A model generated the notes under the pieces. It saw only the letters and a list, made by a program, of their open reading frames with translations, was not told where the DNA came from and made no database searches. The translations under genes were made by a program, and so were the position numbers. A stretch of DNA of 64,000 bases from Candidatus Acidiferrales bacterium (GTDB lineage Bacteria; Acidobacteriota; Terriglobia; Acidiferrales; UBA7541), in contig CAVROZ010000010.1 in assembly GCA_963722985.1 (NCBI GenBank), positions 14,341 to 78,340 of the forward strand, read 5' to 3'. Below are positions 29,620 to 39,579 of the stretch, piece after piece (positions within the stretch are counted from its first letter, which is position 1; the number at the start of each line of letters is the position of its first letter).

Positions 29620-30335
29620 CGGTCGAAGTGGTCGAGAAACTTTCGCGCAACGATGAAATGCGCGAATCGCTTTTCTTCCGCCCGAAATTCCGGAGAATGA
29701 GACAAGAGTGAGCATCCCGAGCGGCGCGTGGGGTGCTTGACGTGTAGCATTTCATGGTAGAGCACGTACTCCACGACGAATTTTGGGACTCCGGGACGGT
29801 CCATCCGGCGATTTAGCACGATCTGATTCGGTCCCGGATCGTAGCAACCAAACTGCCTGCGCCAACTGCGCGTGCTCCAGCCGATGTGCGGCTTTTGAAG
29901 TCTTCCTTCGAAATATTGCAGGTTCAATGTTTCGAACAAAGTTGCCAGATCGTGGTGCCGCCCCTGCGCCGGCGTGACGGCGCGGCGCACGCGGCGGCTT
30001 CGCATGCGGTCAACTCGGCCGCGGACGCGTTTTGAGCGCGCGTAAGCCAGATAATGTTGCACCATGGCGCGAGGCGCCTTTCGCCGGTAAACCTTGGACA
30101 GCAGCAAGGCCGCCGCGCCTTCCAGCACCTCGAGCGGCGCGCGCTTCAGCAAATCGGAAAAACGAACATACACGCGCTCTTCTCGCCGGCGGATGGTTAG
30201 GACCAGACTGCTGTATGGGTAGAACTCGACTTGAAAGTGCGGCGGGCGTCCGTCGCAGCCGATGCGGGTGAACATTCTTTGCAGCAGGGCCTCACCGCCC
30301 GGCACTTGCGTCGGATTACGAGGGCGTGGCGTCAA
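29616..30335 (-). CDS. SprT/YgjP-like zinc metalloprotease domain protein
   Basis: LNLQYF, IGWS..FGCY, YVLYHEMLH (HExxH), HSPEF. TTGA overlap with the upstream gene. Confidence 0.82.
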   Translation of the reverse strand: MTPRPRNPTQVPGGEALLQRMFTRIGCDGRPPHFQVEFYPYSSLVLTIRRREERVYVRFSDLLKRAPLEVLEGAAALLLSKVYRRKAPRAMVQHYLAYARSKRVRGRVDRMRSRRVRRAVTPAQGRHHDLATLFETLNLQYFEGRLQKPHIGWSTRSWRRQFGCYDPGPNQIVLNRRMDRPGVPKFVVEYVLYHEMLHVKHPTRRSGCSLLSHSPEFRAEEKRFAHFIVARKFLDHFDR

Positions 30336-30865
30336 CTCTTGCGCCTCACCGGCGGCGGCGCGGCTTTCTTCTTTGCCTTTTCGGCATCATTCAACGCGTC
30401 CTGTGTTCCCTCGATGGCGTCATCCAGATTGTCTTTGTAAAGCTCTACGTCCGGGCCAGCGCTCTGGATTTTCTGCAGTACCGTTAAAAATTCCTTTGCT
30501 TTAGCGGTCATTTGGTCGATTCCCTGACGGATATTCTCCTGTTTTTCAATCGACAGTTGGATCAGGTCGGCGGCGTCGTCGATGCAGCCGCCGTAAGAAT
30601 TCATGAGGTAGTTGAGCATTTCCCTGTGCTTGTTCGGAGAAGGATGCTCCAACTCGTACTGGAATTTTTTCAGGCGATCTTCCGCGAACGTCAGATATAG
30701 ACTGACGCGCTCGTTTGGCGTTTCGGCATCGCGAATCTTGTCGGCCTCGAGGTCGGACAAATAGTCCTTGTCCGGACGCTGCGCGCAAACTGGCAGAGCT
30801 GTCGCCAGCGCTGCAAACAGCAAGAGCGCACTTGCCCAAATTGCAAAGTCGGTTCGGCTGTTCAT
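30332..30865 (-). CDS. Hypothetical secreted alpha-helical protein
   Basis: Signal peptide; start and stop codons overlap both neighbours. Confidence 0.75.
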   Translation of the reverse strand: MNSRTDFAIWASALLLFAALATALPVCAQRPDKDYLSDLEADKIRDAETPNERVSLYLTFAEDRLKKFQYELEHPSPNKHREMLNYLMNSYGGCIDDAADLIQLSIEKQENIRQGIDQMTAKAKEFLTVLQKIQSAGPDVELYKDNLDDAIEGTQDALNDAEKAKKKAAPPPVRRKS

Positions 30866-31368
30866 GGCTTCGCCTCCGGTACGGCCGGCACTTTCTCCGG
30901 ATCGGGCGTCCGCTTCGGGAATAGCAGGCGAATCAATTCGTCGTCCATATCCAAAATATCCTTGCGCACAATCTCGAGCGGCGGCCGCACATCTGGAGGC
31001 GCGGTTACCAGAGTGTCCTCTATTTCACGGAGGCCCCGCCGCGTCTGCATCTCGAGCCGGCGATAGTCGTTGGGATGCCGGTCGGCATCCGGTTGCTGCT
31101 TTTTGAGAAGCTCCAAGCAGGCTTGCACGTTGTCCCGGTACTTCTCAAAAATGAGCCCCGCGTTGATGTAGTCGCCCGCAGCACTGGCCTTGCGGGTTTC
31201 GTCGAACTGTGCGTCGGTCACCTTGTCGAGGGCTTTTACTTTGCCAGAGGCACGAGTTTCTTTGTCAAAGCGCGCTTGCAAATCGCTGATTTTGTCGACC
31301 GCGGCAACCGAAGCGGCGAACAGCAAAATCGCGGAAATCGCCGCACACCATCCCCATGGTCTGGCCAC
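30862..31368 (-). CDS. Hypothetical secreted alpha-helical protein
   Basis: GTG 31368 lies just after the TPR gene stop. Signal peptide AISAILLFAASVAA; ATGA overlap downstream. Confidence 0.7.
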   Translation of the reverse strand: MARPWGWCAAISAILLFAASVAAVDKISDLQARFDKETRASGKVKALDKVTDAQFDETRKASAAGDYINAGLIFEKYRDNVQACLELLKKQQPDADRHPNDYRRLEMQTRRGLREIEDTLVTAPPDVRPPLEIVRKDILDMDDELIRLLFPKRTPDPEKVPAVPEAKP

Positions 31369-31372
31369 GCCG

Positions 31373-32671
31373 TCACTTCTTCTTTTCCATCTTTTCCAGC
31401 ACATGGATTCGCTGCGTCGCCTGCCAAACCTGATCGGGATTCTTGTTCGCATCGAGCTCCAGGAATTTCTGATATGCGTCAAGGGCGGGTGCAACTTGAT
31501 TGAGTTTATCGTAACAAAGTGCGCGGATAAACCAGGGACCAGCACCAGGTGTCTCCACTTTCGCGATGACATCGAGCGTCGCCAGGGCTTCCGCGTAGTT
31601 TCCCCCCAGGTAGTAAGTCGAGCTTAGATCTTTCCAATACGTAAGATTGTTGCGGTCGAGATTCAGAGCAGTCTTCAGTTCTTTTTCAGCATCCGCGAAA
31701 TCGCGCGTCTGGAGATAGGTCCGGCCCAAGCCACCACGCAGCTCGGCGTCGTTCGGGGCGATGGCAACAGCCTGTTTCAGAGTGACGATCGCTGCATCCC
31801 ATTTCTTCTGGCCGATTTGAATGTCGGCTTTGAGCTTCAGGGTTTCGATCGACGGCGGCCGGCCGGCTGCCGCCTTGTCCACTTCCGCCAGGGCTGCGTC
31901 GTATTGTTGTTGCTCCATGAGAAGGCGGACGAGCCTTGCGCGCATAGCGCTATCCTGCGGCTGCACGGCGAGGTAATCGCGATAGGCATCGACGGCCGCG
32001 GGTTTTTTCTGGGCATCCAGGCTCAACGCCAATCCTTGCAAGGCCTCTGGCGCTTTCGGTTCGATTCCGAGCGCAGCACGAAATTTCGATTCGGCATCCG
32101 CGGCGCGATTCGTTTTCGCATAGATGCGGCCCAACTCGATCAGCGCACCCGCATCTCTAGGATCCAGGCGCGCGGCTCCTTCGAACGAATCTGCTGCACC
32201 TTTCAGATCGCCGGATCGCTCTTGCGCCAGGCCAAGCAAGTACCTTGGCCGGCTTTGCGCGGGCAGTAATTCCACCGCTTTGCTGAGTGGCGTCACGGCC
32301 GCGGTTCGATCCGTCTCGAGCAATAAAATACCCAGGTTCAGCTGTGCTTCCGGCATTTTTGGATCGAGGGATACGCACTTCTCATATTCCGCGCGCGCTT
32401 CGTCAGGACGTTTTAGTGCCGTGTACGCATAGCCGAGTTGAAAATGCGCGTAGGCCACGTCCGGTTTTTCAGCAATGAATTTCTGCAACAGAGGGATTGC
32501 GGCGTTGTAGTCATTCTTGTCCAGCGCTGCCTGGGCTTCGTCCAGGAGGTCATTCAGGGGGTTGCGGACCTTTTGCTTGCTTGCCGGAGCTTGCTGGCTC
32601 TGCGCCGGGCGCGCGGTGGAATTCGAAAAACACAGCGCAGTCAGCAGCAAAAGGTTGCGTGCGCCGATCAT
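31373..32671 (-). CDS. Secreted multi-TPR protein
   Basis: Signal peptide and about 10 TPR repeats; ATGA overlap with the uvrA stop. Confidence 0.9.
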   Translation of the reverse strand: MIGARNLLLLTALCFSNSTARPAQSQQAPASKQKVRNPLNDLLDEAQAALDKNDYNAAIPLLQKFIAEKPDVAYAHFQLGYAYTALKRPDEARAEYEKCVSLDPKMPEAQLNLGILLLETDRTAAVTPLSKAVELLPAQSRPRYLLGLAQERSGDLKGAADSFEGAARLDPRDAGALIELGRIYAKTNRAADAESKFRAALGIEPKAPEALQGLALSLDAQKKPAAVDAYRDYLAVQPQDSAMRARLVRLLMEQQQYDAALAEVDKAAAGRPPSIETLKLKADIQIGQKKWDAAIVTLKQAVAIAPNDAELRGGLGRTYLQTRDFADAEKELKTALNLDRNNLTYWKDLSSTYYLGGNYAEALATLDVIAKVETPGAGPWFIRALCYDKLNQVAPALDAYQKFLELDANKNPDQVWQATQRIHVLEKMEKKK

Positions 32672-35607
32672 GCTTCGTTCGATGGCCGTTTTCCCACTGC
32701 AGGTTTCACGCCGTTGCGTCTCGGCTGGCCATTGCCGTTGGCCAGCACCCGCGCCAGAAATCGTCCGGTGTGAGATTGCGCATTCCGCGCGACCTGCTCC
32801 GGCGTGCCAGTAGCGACGATTTTACCGCCTTCTTCGCCGCCTTCCGGGCCCAAATCGATCAGCCAGTCGGCGGATTTGATCACGTCCAGATTGTGTTCAA
32901 TCACCACCAGCGAGGCGCCGGATTCCAGCAGCTTGCGGAAAGCCGCAAGCAGTTTGGCAATATCGTCGAAATGCAAGCCAGTGGTGGGCTCATCCAAAAT
33001 ATAAAGGATGCCCTGGTTTTCGGTGCGGGTCAGATGCGCGGCCAGTTTCAAGCGCTGCGCCTCGCCGCCGGAAAGAGTGGTGGCCGACTGTCCCAAGCGG
33101 AGATAACCCAAACCGATTTCATTGAGCACGCGCAGTTTGGAAACAACTTTTGGCACATTCACGAAAAATGCCAGCGCTTCACGGACCGTCATCTGCAGCA
33201 CATCGTGAATGTTTTTCCCGTGATAGCGCACGTCCAACACGCCGCTCTTGAATCGTTGTCCGCGGCATTCCTCGCAGATCAACTCGACGTCGGCGAGAAA
33301 CTGCATTTCCACCGTGACAGTTCCGTCGCCCTGGCAGGTTTCGCAGCGGCCTCCGGGCACGTTGAACGAAAAATGGCCAGCGGCAAAGCCGCGGCGCTTG
33401 GCGTCGGGCGTTTCCGCAAATATTTCACGGATGGCGTCAAACGCCTTCATGTAGGTGGCTGGATTCGAGCGCGGGGTCCGGCCGATCGGAGATTGGTCGA
33501 CGATGACAACTTCGTGAATGCTCTGATCGCCTTCCAGGCGATCGCAAAATTCCTTGATGCTGGCTCCATTTCGTTTGGCAGCCAGGGCACGGAACAGTAC
33601 GTCGTGCACCAGGGTCGATTTTCCCGAGCCGCTCACACCCGTGATGACGGTGAGCGTGCCGAGGGGCAGCATCAAGTCCAAATTCTTGAGGTTGTGCAGC
33701 GTGGCGCCGTAGAGACGCAGAAATTTCCCTGCAGGTTTGTGCCGTGTTTGCGGCACAAGGATTTTCGTTTCGCCGCTCAAGTAGCGGCCGGTTAACGATT
33801 TTGTGTCCTTCAGAATTTCTTCATAGGAACCGGAGAAGAGCAGCTTGCCTCCGAGTTCGCCCGCACCGGGCCCTAAATCCAGAATACGGTCCGCGGATTG
33901 GATCGTGTCCGGATCATGTTCGACGACCAGCACTGTGTTACCCAGGTCCCGCAGGGATTTCAAGATGTCGATCAGGCGCTGCGTGTCCCGGGGATGCAAG
34001 CCGATTGAGGGTTCGTCCAGCACATAGAGCGCACCCACCAAGTGGGAACCGAGCGATGTTGCCAGTTGAATGCGTTGCGATTCTCCGCCAGAGAGAGTCG
34101 ACGTGAGGCGTTCAAGCGTCAAATAGTCGAGCCCCACTTCATCCAGAAATTGCAAACGGGTGCGAATTTCGTGGAGAATTTTGTCGGCAACCTTCGCCTG
34201 GCGCTCTGTGAGTTTCAACTCCGCAAAAAACTTGCGCGATTCCTTCACGGTCAGTTTGCACAAATCCGTGATCGACCGGCCCGTAATCCGCACGGCGCGC
34301 GCTTCGGCGCGTAAGCGCGTTCCGCCACAGTCGGGACAGGTTGCATAGCCTCGATAGCGACTGAGGAACACGCGCACATGCAGTTTGTACTTCTTGCGTT
34401 CTAGCCAGTTGAAGAAGCCTTTTACGCCGTCGTAGTTGTTGGCTGGATCGCCTTCGAGAACCAGGCGCCTCTGTTCGGCGGCGAGTTGCCGCCATGGGAT
34501 ATTGGTCGGAATGCCCTGAGTACGTGCCCATTTCCGGGCGTCTTGCATCAGCACGCGGTAGCGAGGCTTGCTCCACGGCTCGATGGCACCATCATCGAGC
34601 GATTTGCTTGGATCCGGCACGACCAAGTTCAAATCAAAATCGATGGTGTTTCCAAATCCCTGGCAACGGGGACACGCGCCATAGGGATTGTTGAACGAGA
34701 ATAGCCGCGGCTCTGGCTCCTGATAGAGCGTGCCATCGTTCTTGCATTCGAACCGTTCGTTGAAGGTGAGCCGTTCCGCCGTATTCCCTGCCGCATCGGG
34801 GAGGAATTCCAGAATTGCTTCGCCGGCTTCGCGGTAGCAAATCTCAATCGAGTCCACTAGTCGCGCTCGTGATTCTGGATTCACCGACAAGCGGTCGACA
34901 AGCACCTGAACGGGTTTCGCGAAATCCACATCCAGCAGTGTTTCGGGAGAGGAAAATTCGTGGATCTTTTCGTCCTGATAGAGCCGGTTGAATCCTCGCT
35001 TTTGCAGTTCGAGAAGTGCGGGACGTAAGGCGTCTTTTGGCGGCACTGAAGCCTTCTTTTTCGCGGCTTTTTTCGCAGTCGCCGTCGCTTCCAAGCCAAC
35101 TACTTTCAGCGTATAGAGCACATAAAAGCGCCGCCCCGGCTGCAGCGCCAGAATGCGGTTCGCGATTTCATCCGGGGAATCGCGCCGTACTTCGGCACCG
35201 CACTCGGTACAAAAGGTCTGGCCGCAGCGGGCAAAGAAAAGCCGCAGATAATCGTAAATTTCCGTAGATGTGGCCACGTTGGAACGCGGATTGCGAGTGG
35301 AATTTTTCTGGCGGATGGCTACCGCTGGCGCAATTCCTGAAATCTCGTCGACATCCGGCTTTTCCATGCGCTCCAAGAATTGGCGAGCATAAGCCGATAA
35401 GGATTCCACGTACCGCCGCTGCCCTTCGGCGTACACCGTGTCAAACGCGAGGGAGGACTTTCCGGAACCGCTGACGCCCGTGACCACTGTCAAGGCACTG
35501 TGCGGAATTTCGACGGTAATATTTTTCAGGTTGTGCACGCGCGCCCCGCGGACAAGGAGCACCTCTTGTTGCGTGGGCGAGGGAGTGATGATTTCGTTCG
35601 TGGCCAA
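32668..35607 (-). CDS. uvrA: Excinuclease ABC subunit A
   Basis: Two ABC ATPase halves (GVSGSGKS twice; LSGGESQR and LSGGEAQR), Zn-finger CxxC pairs, EGQRRYVESLS. Confidence 0.96.
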   Translation of the reverse strand: MATNEIITPSPTQQEVLLVRGARVHNLKNITVEIPHSALTVVTGVSGSGKSSLAFDTVYAEGQRRYVESLSAYARQFLERMEKPDVDEISGIAPAVAIRQKNSTRNPRSNVATSTEIYDYLRLFFARCGQTFCTECGAEVRRDSPDEIANRILALQPGRRFYVLYTLKVVGLEATATAKKAAKKKASVPPKDALRPALLELQKRGFNRLYQDEKIHEFSSPETLLDVDFAKPVQVLVDRLSVNPESRARLVDSIEICYREAGEAILEFLPDAAGNTAERLTFNERFECKNDGTLYQEPEPRLFSFNNPYGACPRCQGFGNTIDFDLNLVVPDPSKSLDDGAIEPWSKPRYRVLMQDARKWARTQGIPTNIPWRQLAAEQRRLVLEGDPANNYDGVKGFFNWLERKKYKLHVRVFLSRYRGYATCPDCGGTRLRAEARAVRITGRSITDLCKLTVKESRKFFAELKLTERQAKVADKILHEIRTRLQFLDEVGLDYLTLERLTSTLSGGESQRIQLATSLGSHLVGALYVLDEPSIGLHPRDTQRLIDILKSLRDLGNTVLVVEHDPDTIQSADRILDLGPGAGELGGKLLFSGSYEEILKDTKSLTGRYLSGETKILVPQTRHKPAGKFLRLYGATLHNLKNLDLMLPLGTLTVITGVSGSGKSTLVHDVLFRALAAKRNGASIKEFCDRLEGDQSIHEVVIVDQSPIGRTPRSNPATYMKAFDAIREIFAETPDAKRRGFAAGHFSFNVPGGRCETCQGDGTVTVEMQFLADVELICEECRGQRFKSGVLDVRYHGKNIHDVLQMTVREALAFFVNVPKVVSKLRVLNEIGLGYLRLGQSATTLSGGEAQRLKLAAHLTRTENQGILYILDEPTTGLHFDDIAKLLAAFRKLLESGASLVVIEHNLDVIKSADWLIDLGPEGGEEGGKIVATGTPEQVARNAQSHTGRFLARVLANGNGQPRRNGVKPAVGKRPSNEA

Positions 35608-35653
35608 AGGGAAGCCCAGTCAGCGCGCTCCGTGCGCACTGCCTAAACTTCAA

Positions 35654-35682
35654 AGTATACGATGCTCAAGAGAGGCGAGCAA
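35654..35682 (-). promoter_or_regulatory. Putative sigma70 promoter of the uvrA operon
   Basis: Minus strand TTGCTC-17 nt-TATACT, about 47 nt upstream of the uvrA start. Confidence 0.5.
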
Positions 35683-35726
35683 ATTGCGTCGATCGCAAGG
35701 TAGCAGCAAATGGACAAACCTGCGCT

Positions 35727-37616
35727 TCAGGGAGCAGGCGGCAATAATCCGAAGACCGCGACGCTATTGGATGTGCCGATGTAGACGTAGCCGTTGATCG
35801 CCAAGGGCGTGATGAACTTGTTGTGATCGAACTGGTCCCGATTCTTGGGAGCTTGGGCGGAATCGTAGAGTTCCGTGGCAAGATTCGATGCATCGTAGGC
35901 GTAAAGCACGGCCGTGGTGCCGGTGGGTGGTCCGTTGTCAATGCCCCACAGGATACCGTTGGCGGTGCCGTTGGCCGAAATAGCCGGCGTCGTACCGGGA
36001 TAGGAAAACTTATTCGAGGTCTGGGATTGAGGCGCGGTGGCCAACTGGGCGTTGGTGACCGGGAAGGCCTTTATTGCGTCGCTCGAAGCCCCGAAATAGA
36101 CGGATCCGTTAAAATACACGGCTTTCGAATAGACGCCCCCAATGAATGCCCCGGAAATCTCCTGATAGTTGCTGTCTGATTTTCCGTTGAATTTCCCGAG
36201 ATTATCCCGATCGAAAACGTAGAGATTCACGCCCTTGGTCCCGCTCACCGCCAAATGCTTCGTATTTCCCTTGGAGTCTTGAACGTCCGGCAACAGCAAT
36301 GGGCCGCCCGATCCAAAGTCTTGGTCGACGGCAGACTCGGAAACGGTATTTGCGGGAGTGAAGTAGTCGAGAAGAGCGAGGGGCGGGGTTGAGGAAATTT
36401 TGACGAAACAGTTTCCGCAGTCTCCCTTGGACGGGAAGCTAGTCGAATCCAAATCCGTGTCGAATGTACCGTTCCCCACGGTTATGAAAATGTTTCCGTT
36501 CTCATCGGCAGCCGGCCCACTGCCAGACTCCCAAATACCCCCGTCGCTGCCGTTGGGGACGAGGTTAAGAACGCCTGTTTGTTGGAGAGTAGACGCGCTG
36601 TAGGCGATCACCCAAGAGGTGTAAGCCCCAACATCGCAATGAGACGCCCAGGTCGTGAAGATCGTGCCGTTCACCTCGAGCAGAGCGGCACGTTCGAGGT
36701 AGTGCTTGGCTAAAAAGGGCACAATCCCATTGGAGCTGCTTACACCCGCGCCCGGATAGCTCGCTGCGACGGTCGTGGGTCCGCCGAATAGTTCCTGGCC
36801 GGTCGTTAAGTCCAAGGCATGAAGACGGGCGTAGTAATTTCCCGCGCCATCTTTAGAGTACGCAACAACGTAAATGGCACCCTGGGTGCGATCGATGACG
36901 GGTGTGGAAGTTATGCCAATCTCGGGACTGACGGCAGTGCAACCGCGATCGTCGCTAGAGGTTTCGCCAGTGGGCAATGCTGAGGTCATCCAGAGATATT
37001 TGCTGGTGTTCCCACTGGCACTGTCCGCATCGAAGGCGAACACACTATCATGCTCGGTGACGACATAGAGGACATTTTTCGGGCCCACATTGGGAATATT
37101 GACGTTCGAAAGATAGAGAGGTTGGCCATCGACGCGCCCATCCACTGTAAACGTGCCCAGCAGGCCGAATTTCTTGTAGCTGACTAAGGTCTTGAGCAGC
37201 ACCTGTTCGTTGGCGTTCACGCCTGATCGCATATTGTCGTAATGATAGGTGGGTGCATCCGAACCGGGAACGACCGTTAAGGTGGCGGGATCGCTGGTCA
37301 CCTTTCCCTTAATATTGGTCACCGTGACCTGGAACTTGGCGCCATTGTCCGCCATTGAGACGACCGGGGTCGTGTAAGAAGAGTTTGTGGCGCCAGAAAT
37401 GTTCGCTCCATTTTTCTGCCACTGATAACTGAGGTCTCCACCCCCGGCGGCCACTTGAAAAGAAGTAGTCTGTAATGCATAGGCGGTTCGGTCGGCAGGC
37501 TCCGTGTGAATCGACGGGACCGAAATCCCCGCGCAACCAGAGGAAAGCGAAACCAGCGAACTTACAAATAGAAAAAGAGATAGCCTGCACAAGTCTGGAC
37601 GGGCGGTATGATGCAT
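35727..37616 (-). CDS. Secreted/lipoprotein Ig-like (I-set) plus PQQ-like beta-propeller protein
   Basis: SSGC possible lipobox; LSYQWQKNG..GAKFQVTV Ig domain; TYHYDNMRSG, VDGQPLY, GITSTPVID, DFGSGG. Confidence 0.85.
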   Translation of the reverse strand: MHHTARPDLCRLSLFLFVSSLVSLSSGCAGISVPSIHTEPADRTAYALQTTSFQVAAGGGDLSYQWQKNGANISGATNSSYTTPVVSMADNGAKFQVTVTNIKGKVTSDPATLTVVPGSDAPTYHYDNMRSGVNANEQVLLKTLVSYKKFGLLGTFTVDGRVDGQPLYLSNVNIPNVGPKNVLYVVTEHDSVFAFDADSASGNTSKYLWMTSALPTGETSSDDRGCTAVSPEIGITSTPVIDRTQGAIYVVAYSKDGAGNYYARLHALDLTTGQELFGGPTTVAASYPGAGVSSSNGIVPFLAKHYLERAALLEVNGTIFTTWASHCDVGAYTSWVIAYSASTLQQTGVLNLVPNGSDGGIWESGSGPAADENGNIFITVGNGTFDTDLDSTSFPSKGDCGNCFVKISSTPPLALLDYFTPANTVSESAVDQDFGSGGPLLLPDVQDSKGNTKHLAVSGTKGVNLYVFDRDNLGKFNGKSDSNYQEISGAFIGGVYSKAVYFNGSVYFGASSDAIKAFPVTNAQLATAPQSQTSNKFSYPGTTPAISANGTANGILWGIDNGPPTGTTAVLYAYDASNLATELYDSAQAPKNRDQFDHNKFITPLAINGYVYIGTSNSVAVFGLLPPAP

Positions 37617-37923
37617 CAGGTTCTAGGCCCCTGAGATTGGATTTTATCTTCTCTCGACTAGCGAGCTACTTTAGCAACTTCCCGACCTAATCGAAAAAGG
37701 TTCCCTTTCGGTAATGCTAACAATTTCCTTTCGGAAGGGTAAGGCACTTAGGACATCAAACAAGACCTCCTGACGAGTACCATTACGGGGCAGTACCATA
37801 ACCTTTTTTTGCTCATTTTGGCACTAGCAAAATTTTCTTTCTGATTGTTACACCCTCGTTGCTTTTCTAGAATTGCATGCAACCAAAACTTCAGCCTCGG
37901 GTTAGTAAGGGTCGAAGAATACG

Positions 37924-39579
37924 ATGATTCAACAATACTTCAATTTCCTAGGCTTGCGGGAAGACCCTTTTCACGTGTCTCCGGACCCTCGTTTTTACTT
38001 TTCCACAAGCGCTCATGAATCTGCACTGGTTGAGCTCGTTTTCGGAATTGAAACGCGGCAGGGCTTTATGGTTCTGACCGGCGAGGCTGGAACAGGCAAG
38101 ACCAGTCTTCTGAACCAGATTATTGGCTGGCTGCACCGGCGTGGGCGCTCGAGTGCGTACATTTTCCACAGCCATCTCGAACCGATTGGGCTCTTGCGAT
38201 TTATCCTGAACGATTTCGGCGTGCCCTGTGAGTCCCGATCGAAAAGCGTCCTCGTCAGAGCTCTCCACATGTGGCTTCAGAAACGCTACGCCGCCGGGGA
38301 CCAGCCGGTCCTTATTATTGATGAAGCGCAAGCTCTTCCAACACACACTCTTGATGAACTTCGGCTACTTCTCAATCTCGAGAATCCACGGGGCAAGATG
38401 TTGCAGATCGTTCTCTCTGGCCAGCCGGAATTGGATGAGAAGCTGCGCTTACCCGCCCTTCGCCAGTTACGCCAGCGCATTATGCTCCATGCCCACTTGC
38501 CACTGCTAAGCCAGAAGGAAACGGCAGCCTATATTTCCAGTCGTTTGGCAGTCGCGGGCAGTTCGGATTCCCCGCTGTTTCCCGATGAGGTAGTGCAGGA
38601 TATTTATAAATCTTCCCACGGCATTCCGCGGGTCGTGAACCTGCTTTGCGAGCACGCCCTTATGTCCGCGTACTCAGAGCGCCAGCCTATCGTTTCTCAA
38701 GAGATGGTCCGGCGGATTGCCATGGACTTTGATCTTGTCGCCAAGCCTCTATCTGTTAACGATACAGAATTGCGGCCGCAACGTGGTGTACGGTATCCGA
38801 GGATGCCGCTGATCGAAGAGCAAACGAAGGCGTCTCTGGCCAATCAACGTGTAGCCGCTTGCGGCTGGGAACAGATCGATTTTCATATCCTCAAGAACGC
38901 GCCGAGCGCGGCCTACAAACAGACTGAACCTGACGAGCAGGTCGAGCCGGCGTTGAATGAGTACGCCCTTCCGGCCGTTCCGCCCGCGCCCGCAGAGCCT
39001 CTGAAGTCTTGGCGAAAACGCCAGTCGCCTTCGAGCGTGGCCGCGTTTACGCGGAGTTCAGTTACGTCGATGCGGCGGTTCTGGCGTATCTTTGCCGACC
39101 AAATGGCTGACTGCGCCAGCGTCTTGCGCGACACCCTGTTTGCCGTCGTCGAAAAATTCAGCCGGCATAACGCATCGACTGAGACTACCGTCAAAGTGGA
39201 TCGAGGTCCGGCTATTCCTTTCGTTACCACTATCGAACCGGTAAAGTCCGGACGCGACCGGCAATCTCTTTCGCGGTCATCCGTGTTCCAAAGCCGTTGC
39301 GAAGCGGCCTCCCGCAATGCCTGGCGCCGAATTGTGCATCCGTCAGCACGCTATGTTCGTTCGGTTGTCTTGTCGTTCGTTCGCGATTGCCATGGATTGT
39401 TCCATTCTTTCACCCCACCTACGCCAGCTCTCGAAACCGGCTCTTCGGCAAACGGCAGCAACGGAAAGTCAGTCATTCAAAATGCACTCGCGCCGTTGGT
39501 CCATTGGCTGCGCCAACCGATGACACCGTCGAATGGCTCCGGCGATCGTTCTTCGGCAGAATCCAACCACCGTAAATAG
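37924..39579 (+). CDS. ExeA/GspA-family AAA+ ATPase with a long unrecognised C-terminal extension
   Basis: FLGLREDPF..PDPRF, GEAGTGKT, IIDEAQ, LSGQPEL, GIPRVVNLLC. Confidence 0.88.
   Translation: MIQQYFNFLGLREDPFHVSPDPRFYFSTSAHESALVELVFGIETRQGFMVLTGEAGTGKTSLLNQIIGWLHRRGRSSAYIFHSHLEPIGLLRFILNDFGVPCESRSKSVLVRALHMWLQKRYAAGDQPVLIIDEAQALPTHTLDELRLLLNLENPRGKMLQIVLSGQPELDEKLRLPALRQLRQRIMLHAHLPLLSQKETAAYISSRLAVAGSSDSPLFPDEVVQDIYKSSHGIPRVVNLLCEHALMSAYSERQPIVSQEMVRRIAMDFDLVAKPLSVNDTELRPQRGVRYPRMPLIEEQTKASLANQRVAACGWEQIDFHILKNAPSAAYKQTEPDEQVEPALNEYALPAVPPAPAEPLKSWRKRQSPSSVAAFTRSSVTSMRRFWRIFADQMADCASVLRDTLFAVVEKFSRHNASTETTVKVDRGPAIPFVTTIEPVKSGRDRQSLSRSSVFQSRCEAASRNAWRRIVHPSARYVRSVVLSFVRDCHGLFHSFTPPTPALETGSSANGSNGKSVIQNALAPLVHWLRQPMTPSNGSGDRSSAESNHRK

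Noticed and set aside
32497-33795. 432-aa plus-strand ORF
   Set aside because: Antisense shadow of uvrA.
35607-35727. LexA (SOS) box upstream of uvrA, also sought upstream of uvrC
   Set aside because: No GTTC-N7-GTTC/GAAC-N7-GAAC or CTGT-N8-ACAG found by eye.
37812-37832. sigma54 promoter (TGGCAC) upstream of the ExeA-like gene
   Set aside because: The -12 TTGC element is absent at the required spacing.
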